From the human T2T-CHM13v2.0 reference genome, Homo sapiens: a stretch of DNA of 64,000 nucleotides. The notes beneath the pieces were generated by a model. That model was not told where the DNA came from. It saw only the letters and a list, made by a program, of their open reading frames with translations, and searched no databases. The translations under genes and the position numbers were made by a program. The stretch is taken from the NCBI RefSeq assembly GCF_009914755.1, contig NC_060927.1, one strand, 5' to 3'. This document shows positions 53,131 to 64,000 of this stretch, in pieces. Within the stretch, counting starts at the first letter, position 1, and every line of letters begins with the position of its first letter.

Positions 53131-54928
53131 AAATAAGAACTAGCTAAAGCAAAACAACCAGAACCTTGCAAATAAAAATTACTGACCTGATATGGACTGG
53201 GCACAAGATGAACAGTGTTTCTGCTCATGGCAACCACACAGGCCCTGTAAGCAGTAGAAGGCTCTAGAAATTGAATCTGGACCATGGGGCTTCAGGGTAG
53301 GCTAATGATCAAACACAGGGGTATGAAAATCCCCTGGGGTTTTTGTCAGACTTGAAACCAGAGAAACGTGCTCAGGATTCTATGGATTCTTTGGCTTTGT
53401 CCAACATCACAGTAGCTTCAGCGGATGGATGAAGCAAGCTGAGGTCATCCTTATATTCTCTGCAAACTCTGAAAAAAACGGAGGCAGAAGATTATGAGAA
53501 AATCAGCAGTATGGAAACTTTGAACTCTGCTGCATGGAAGTGCAGAGGCCTTAAAGAGTCTAAGTTCAGATTTTTGTCTAGAAAAAAAACATCATGCCTC
53601 ATGAAAAACTAGTACATCTGCCAGTACTCAGACAATCCAAGTCTCAATCTAGACCACAGAAGGTCAGAGGATGTCACTGACAATGGAAACTGCAACATCA
53701 AGATCAGGCAGCGTCCAATGAGTGACAAGACCTGGGTGTACCATTTTGAAGAGAAGGGATCCAGATCTCATCACCATTTCCACAGAAGTAGAAAGCCCCA
53801 CTCTGACAATATCCTGAATATTGTTATAGAAAGAGAATATTCTCCCAAGGACAGGCTGCAGCTTTACATCCCCAATAACTACAGTAATTTATGTGGAATA
53901 AAAGGGCTCAGGACATCCAAGCGTACATCCAGAATGCCGATCTCTATAGAGAGCATGCCCGTTCACTTCCCTCCATTCCTATGTCCCCGGGAGTGAAGAA
54001 GTTTCTGGGATTCCTGGTGTTTCTCCTTCTCGTCCTCCTCTTCCGACTCAGAACAAAAGGATTATTTTCTTGAACAATCAATCCCTCAGCCCCACGCCAC
54101 AGAGATACGCCTACTATACAGATGACCTTTCTAGTCCAACTCCCTGCCCGTCAGTTTGGTTAGAGGACCACTAAATTCAAGAAGAAAAGTGGACACACAT
54201 GCAAAAACTATTATTTCTTAAGATAGTAGCTGTGGAGATAATGTGTTTAAAATGTAGCATTAACCATCAAAATCCTATCTCTTTTTTTCTTACATAAAAC
54301 AGTTGCTAAATTAGTTTAAAGTGTTTCGCCCATGTAAATGAGAAGTCAACTGCTGTTTACAGCATCAGATTAACATTTGAAAGGTGTACTTTCTCCTGTT
54401 TACCCTCCTTAGACGGTACCTAACGGGAACATTACAGTTTTACACAGCGCTTTGGTCTCTGATCCTTAAGAGAATACCCAATAAACTGCCTCGAAGTGAT
54501 TGGACAGGGGTGTTGATTTTAGAAGAAGGAAAACTCCAGCCACCTCAGTAAAGCAATAGTGTTTGCCATTCAGGTCGATCGGATTGGCTGAGGTCCTGAT
54601 TAGTCCATCTTATGAGGCAGAGGGCAAAAATTAGCCACTTCTACTGGGGCTTCCTGGGCAATCTCAGTTATGAGTTAAAGTCCTAGCTTTCCTCTCTCCA
54701 GGAATTTAGCCCTCTGTTAGGGATTAACTATGAGTCCAGGGGACTCCAAATTAAATGGGGCTTACACAGATTTAAGCAGAAAGCAGTTCTGTGTATATCT
54801 CACCTCTCGGCTGCTTACCCTCCAGCACCCTGCGCGTCCTAGATGGTGAGTTTCTGGTAGGTAAAGATGTGACCAATTCACCTCTGTATCCCAGAGGAAG
54901 ATAGCATTGTTTTACTTGTTGTTAATCA

Positions 54929-55881
<953 letters not shown>

Positions 55882-58097
55882 TCAACCCTTTCTAAGAATT
55901 GTGTTCATTTCACAGATGAGGAAGGAGAGTGGTTGCCTCTAGAGATTTGGAATCGTGGGTGGCTTATTCCAATTATTCATATTGCTATATATTTTGCTAT
56001 AATCCCACCCTTTGCTCTTATCCCAGGAGGTGGGAGGCAGGATCCTGAAGAAAAAATTCAAAGACTATCACTGAGGCTCAAATATATACCCCATGCCCAG
56101 TGACACAGCACTGCCACCTGTCATGGACATTAGCCCTCTGGGGAACTAAGGAGAGAGGTGGCCATTGGGCTTCCCTGAGAGGCCTAGTCCCTTGAAAGCC
56201 TAGAAAGACCATTCTGCAGGTGCAGCTATCTACAAAATTTGATTCACAATTTGATTTAATTTAATTTTTTAAAACCTGAGCTATCCCAGATCCAAGGCCA
56301 CAGGGCTGTGAGCTCCTCTCCGGGGAATCTGGAACTTTCCTGGTGCTGTCTCAGACCCCCAGCCTTCATTTCTGCCTTATCCACTTCCCTGGTTCAGGAT
56401 TACTTTGCAAATCAGAAAACGCAGCTTCCTTCTGTTGTTAACTGACCTGATAGTTCTTTATGCCCACAGCTCACCCAGATCCTGTTTGAGCCAGTTGGTG
56501 ACCTAGCCATTGGCCACCATGCTCCTGCCTCCCTGGTCCCTACCCTGCTGGCCACCCACAGCCACCCCTCAGATTGGAGTTCCCACCAACCAGCACTGTC
56601 ACACCAGCTCTGGGCCCTGTCCTCAGCACACATACAGCACGATGTTTTGCTGGTGAAAGTGGTGATCCAGAGGAAGCAGTTAGATTTTATTACCGGTGGT
56701 GGCATCAACAGGACTTTGAACTGGTCCTGGCTATAGTTAATAACGCAGAAACTAGCTCAGACAATTCAAGTGCTTTTTATTTGTTGCTGTTTCTATCTCT
56801 TTGATTGCACTGGCCACTTTATTTTGCCACCGAGCTTTGCTGTTACCATTAAATTTTGTCTCAAATGGAAGCTCTTGGATTCTGAACAGAGTCAGATCCA
56901 TCAGTTGTACCTTAAATTCCCCAGCTCCCAGTGGTTCTTTCTTAAAATGTGCGTGCTTGTGAAATAAGAGAGGGAAATGTCTCCAGCAGCATCCCCAGCT
57001 CCCTGCCCCGGAGGACTTTAAACTTTATCTCCAACTCCTTAGGCTGCAAATTCCACCTACCGTTAGGCTCTAAGGCAAATTTCATTTTCAGGCAACTTGA
57101 GGCATCTGGACCAGTCATTCAGGCCTCTGTATCCCTAGTGTTGTGTCTAGCTCCACTCTGAACTGGCTAATGGAATGGAAATGACTTGTAACCAAGCCAC
57201 TGCCATGAAACCACATGTGACCTGGATCTCCTGCCTGGGTCCCCAGTGCCAGACTAGCCTGCCATCCCAAGGACATAAAGGCAATTACCCTGTAGGAGGG
57301 CCAGGTCCTTCTCAGTCACTGTCACAAGGACTATGAGAGGTGCTGTTGTAAGGTGTTGTAAGCAGAGGTGAAAGGACCCAACCTGGGGTCTTGGCTTAGC
57401 CCTGGCCCAAGCCAGAGGTGGTGGACCTTGGGTAGTAACCAAGGGATGTTATCCAGACTTCAGGGGGAAAGAAGCCTGAGGGGCTGATCTCAAAACCACC
57501 AGCTGCTGGAGCTCTACCCTACCTCCTGCCAGGCTCTGAGATGGCTCCTAAATCAGGTTGTGCTTAATCAGCAGAGAACATCTGTGAACACAGCCAGGAG
57601 GGAGGGGGTCAGACAAAGCCAGAGTCCCTTCCACTCACTGGGCCTCAGTTCCCTCAATTGTATTATGAGAAGATTGGATCAGGTGATCTCCAATTTTATT
57701 TCTGGTTCTGTGAACCCACTAGAAGTCCTATTCCATTCTATAATCAGACAGAATAATAATATTCTCTAAAAGCATATCTTGTGAGAAACAAATTAGATAA
57801 TATGTGCAAAAGTGTTCTGTGAAGCAATAAGCCTTATGCTTATGAGATTAATTATCATAATTATCCTGCTCTCTCCCGGGCTGTTAACCATTATACTCTG
57901 TTAGTTAATGCTGCTATTACTGTCACTTACATCTTGCAACCCTACTGCTATGTTCCCCTACATTGTCACAATGTTTCACCCACTGCCATCTCAGTCACTA
58001 TCAACTTTAGCACCCTGTTTTTAAAAATAGGTTTTATTGTCATAATTCAGGTATGGTGAGGCCAATGGATGAAATGATTGCCATCAAAAAGATAGTT

Positions 58098-58346
58098 CAT
58101 CAATGAGAACACATGGACACAGGGAGGGGAACATCACACACCGGGGCCTATTGAGGGGTGGGGGGGAAGGGGAGGGAGAGCATTAGGACAAATACCCAAT
58201 GCATGTAGGGCTTCAAACCTAGAAGACAGGTTGATAGGTGCAGCAAACCACCATGGCACATGTATACCTATGTAACAAATCTGCCCATTCTGCACATGCA
58301 TCCCAGAACTTAAAATAAAAATCCTTAAAAAAGAAAAAAAAGAAAA
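58098..58346 (+). mobile_element. L1PA 3' end fragment with polyA
   Basis: caatgagaacacatggacacagggagggga...cccagaacttaaaataaaa. Confidence 0.88.
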
Positions 58347-58703
58347 TATACCCAGGAAAACCTGCAACCCATCAAAAAAAAAAAAAAAAAGGTTTATTAC
58401 TCACAGTTCCTAAGAGAAGGGGGCATACTATGCCATCCAAGGCCACATGGGGAAGTACCAGGGTTGGTCACAAGCCGGAGGGAGCAAAGGGAAAATGTGG
58501 GCAAGAGTCTTTACCATGCTTTTCACTGGAAGGAATGGGCAAGGCAGGGCAAACAGGCTTAGGATTGGCTAGTTTGAATAATTTCAGTGGGCTCTGGCGC
58601 ATCATGGTTGTCCCTGCTTGCCTGTTACCTAGCCCTGGGGTACTTGGAGCAGGGGGTTAGTAGCCCAAGTGTCAGAGCCTCATAAGGGAGGTGGTTGGGG
58701 TAT

Positions 58704-58997
58704 CGAGAGGAGTTAGCCAGCTTGCTTTAGGTAGACAGCAAGGGAAGGGTTTTTGGAGAGCTCTCCGTATAATCAGCAGGCTCCCCCCAAAAAGTTTCTT
58801 CTCCTTTTGTGGGCATAAACATGGTGGGCCCCCCCTCTCTGCTGCACAAAGCTTTCTTCTTTCACTTATTAAACTTTAACTCCAACCTCACCCTCGTGTC
58901 CAACCTCCTTAATCATCTTAAACATAAAACAAAAAACTCCACGTATTATCTCGAACAACAAAAACTTACATCTTAATATGTTAGCAATACTGCAACA
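58704..58997 (+). mobile_element. Internally deleted MER4-group ERV1 LTR (MER61/83/84-like)
   Basis: Ends ...gcaACA, ATTAAA signal, 4-bp TSD gtat (58700-58703, 58998-59001). Confidence 0.7.
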
Positions 58998-59627
58998 GTA
59001 TGGTCTTCGGATTGGCTGGTTTGCATATGAAAGGCATGCTCCTGGGCAAGTTGATTGCTATTCTTAAGAATTAGCTAACCCCAGATAGGGAGTTCCTTTC
59101 AAAATCCACAAAGTCCCAAAGCATCAAGATGCTTTGATGCCAAAGATGCTTGATGCCAAAGCATCAAGATAAAAAGACATAAAGCATCAAAATAGAAAGA
59201 CATGCTTACATGCCCCAGCTAAGTACTGTTCCTATCACAGTTAACCTGATTGAAAATGAGAGCTCACAGTTAAAAGAGGTCTTTCTCTACCTTTCATTCT
59301 TCATTCAACAAGCATCTATTAAGCACCCACTATGTGCTGCACACTATGTTAAGCCCCCGGGTACAAAGAAGAAAAACAGTTCTTTTATTTAAGTGAGAGT
59401 AACATAACGAAACAAGTTACAATACCCGTGAGAAATGTTATGATAGCAGGAAGCCTGGACTGTTCCATAATGGAAGAGGCCCCAAACAGCCTAAAAGGAA
59501 CCTGATTCCTCAATGCCTCCCCTTCCCTCCCCTAACTCCATAGTGTGGAGCTCAGGAAGACAGCCTGTGGAAAAAGAGCTAAATTATCTTCATCTTTTCC
59601 CATTGGTTCATCCAATAAAGTCCTTTA

Positions 59628-60258
<631 letters not shown>

Positions 60259-60753
60259 AAAATCATGCACTGGAAGCAACAAAACTATGTGTATGCACGT
60301 AAGTGTCCCTTGCAGAGTTATCAAAATAGAGGAAAAAACACCAACTGGATGAAACATCAGTATCCAAAACCAATAGAGCAGCTGAATGAAGTGTAGTATA
60401 TCTACCAAGAGACATTATAAAGCAAACAGAACTGTATACTGGATTAGAGAAAGCACCAAACATAGAGTCAGACTTTCTAACTTCAACTTTTTGGGCAAAC
60501 TGGTTAAGGATTCCAACTCTCAGTTTTTCCATTTGTCAGATGGGGACAGCTAATAGTAGTCACTACCTCAAGGTGTTGTGTGGAGATTAAATAAGATAAT
60601 GCAGGTAAAGCATTTAAGCACCTGCAATGGTGCTCAGGAAATGTTGGCCATTACTGTTATTATTAATGTGAGGTCAAGGAAGCAGGATAATTGGATGGAC
60701 CTAATAAAACATAGAAAACGTTCCTAGTAGTCTTAAGTGAAAAAAACAACATA

Positions 60754-61053
60754 GGCCTGGCGCGGTGGCTCACGCCTGTAATCCCAGCACTTTGGGAGGC
60801 CGAGGCAGGTGGATCATGAGGTCAGGAGTTCAAGACCAGCCTGGCCAAGATGGTGAAACCCCATCTCTACTAAAAATACAAAAATTAGCTGGGCGTGGTG
60901 GCGGGTGCTTGTAATCCCAGCTACTCGGGAGGCTGAGGCAGAGAATTGCTTGAACCTGGGAGGCGGAGGTTGCAGTGATCCAAGATCGCACCACTGCACT
61001 CCAGCCTGGGCAACAGAGCGAGACTGTCTCAAACAACAACAACAACAACAAAA
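60754..61053 (+). mobile_element. Alu (S)
   Basis: (CAA)n tail. Confidence 0.95.
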
Positions 61054-61360
61054 CATCACATAAAGCAGTATGTAGACAAATTCTGAGCCTATGAAAAATA
61101 TATGTGAAATACTTAGTTGGAGGGATAGCATAATGTCATTATGAATAATATTTAATGAAATATTCATTTTAATGTTATTACAAATTTCTCTTTCATAAAA
61201 AAGGAAAAGGGGGAATATAAAAATAAAAAATTAAAATATAGGGGAACACCAGAAGCAATTATATATCAAGAAATTTTAAAAACAGCAAAAATAAAGTTGT
61301 CCTAGGAATCATGCCTGCAGAGTTGATGAGCTAAAACCATCTTCAAACTGGAGAAGGACA

Positions 61361-61702
<342 letters not shown>

Positions 61703-62585
61703 TCATTTATCTCAATATTTGGTAATAACATGTTGATAGAAGCTAGCTCCAAGTTGCAGATCAATGTCATTGGGACTGGGAAGAGGCAATAGATCAAGAC
61801 AGACCAGAGAGAAGGGAACAGAAAACCACCTATTAAATACTGACATGAGTTTATTTTGTATAGTATAAACTCAAATATGTAAAAGTATATATAATAGATA
61901 TAAAGAAACTATAAATATGGATATAAAGGACTAAACAGTAGCTGTCTTTGGGTCAGAAAATCGTAGACGATATCCAGCCTCTTCTTTATCTTTAGAAATT
62001 TTTCTACAACGGGTGTGTAATACTTTCAAATTGAGGGAAATGGGACTTTAAAAACTATTAATTTCTTCTTTTTAAAGCAAGGGATAATTAATGAGAAGAT
62101 AGCAAGGAGCATGCACAAGCCAGCAATGTCACAAATGTCATAGTGCATGTGATTGTTTATTCTAAAAACTCCCTGAGTTGGGAGCTAAAAATAGAAAGAG
62201 CTAGGGGCAGAATTGGGGGTGGCGAAGTGTCCCACCATGAGGGCGGTGAGCAGGGCAAACTTCAGTTAGGTACAGGAGTGGGATGGCTTGGAGGGAGAGC
62301 AGGTTGGCTCAGGGCTGTCCCTGAGCAGTGGGGGCTGCAGAGGAAGAGGTGCTCCCCCAAGGACCTAGCTTGGAAAGCCTTTGGGGACAGCATTACTTAA
62401 GTAGTGGTTGAGTTGTTGTAAAGGTTCGGGGTAGGAACTGGGTTCAGTTTGATCCCATAATAAATAGGTGTGTCCTCCCATATCCCATTAGCATAGAAAG
62501 CTGGCTTTTCACTCCCAGAACTGGAACGTGATTTCTGGTCATTTATAACCTCTGACATCCACACAATTCCTCCCCAAGGAACTCA

Positions 62586-63012
<427 letters not shown>

Positions 63013-63480
63013 TTAGCCTGACACTCTCTCGGGTGCAAGCAACAGTGCTCCTTTTAGATATGAGGAAACTAGGACCCAAGGGAATTAGGCGATTTGTCCA
63101 GGGTATCTGAGTGGCTGAGAAAGTTATGGTGGGGCTCCCCAGAATCCCTCTCTTTTTCTGTGTATCTTGTTCCATTACCCCATGATGTTCTCTGATAAGA
63201 AACTTCCTTTGCTAGGATATGTCAATGCAACCTTATGTCCTGTCATAATAGTACTTAACCATTGCATCTTGATGGAATTACACGCACCATTATGTCTTGA
63301 GTGAATAATTCTTACTATTTATTGAGAGCTAGGTGCTCTTTTTTAATAAGCTGTCATTTAATTCTTATAATAAGAAGGTATTACCAGATTCTCTTTTCAG
63401 ACAAAGAAGCCTAGACTCAAAGCAGTTAAATAAACCACCCAACATCACCCTTTTGGTGGTACCAAAGCCTCAGGATCTGA

Positions 63481-63830
<350 letters not shown>

Positions 63831-64000
63831 CCAAAGGTAAATTCTTGGCTCTCCATAAAGATACACTGGTGGAGCTGGCCTTGCCAGGAGCTGGTTCTTC
63901 GCTAAAGTGTACTCAGCATTCCTTAAAGGTTCTGTCTTTAATATCTTCTTAATTTATTGGGAAAGTATCTTTTCTTCAATTAAAATGGCAAATTTTATGC

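Larger units (their letters stand above)
58016..59210 (-). mobile_element. ERVL-class solo LTR (MER74/MER76-like) with two nested insertions
   Basis: Matches recalled consensus (ggtatggtgaggcca..., aggattggctagtttgaataatttcag, ttgcatatgaaagg). Confidence 0.65.

Overview
Hominoid, most likely human, genomic DNA: repeat-rich (about 48 Alu copies, L1/L2/MIR, LTR relics, one full-length SVA) with no intact protein-coding gene. All supplied ORFs derive from repeats or pseudogenes, or are too short to interpret. Main discovery: the unique sequence between about 38,940 and 17,820 reads on the minus strand as about 20 decayed exons with AG/GT splice sites whose phases chain together. They reconstruct a roughly 1,300-codon protein I cannot assign to any family, i.e. 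a candidate fossil (unitary) gene, broken by stops, frameshifts and in-exon retro-insertions. Also present: a PRICKLE1 processed pseudogene split by two Alus (51,040-54,490), an L1-mobilised ERV transcript copy, a tailless U2 snRNA retrocopy, an Alu with twin-priming inversion and a G-depleted (possibly APOBEC-edited) LTR. Repeat subfamily names are from memory of consensus sequences and need RepeatMasker/Dfam confirmation.
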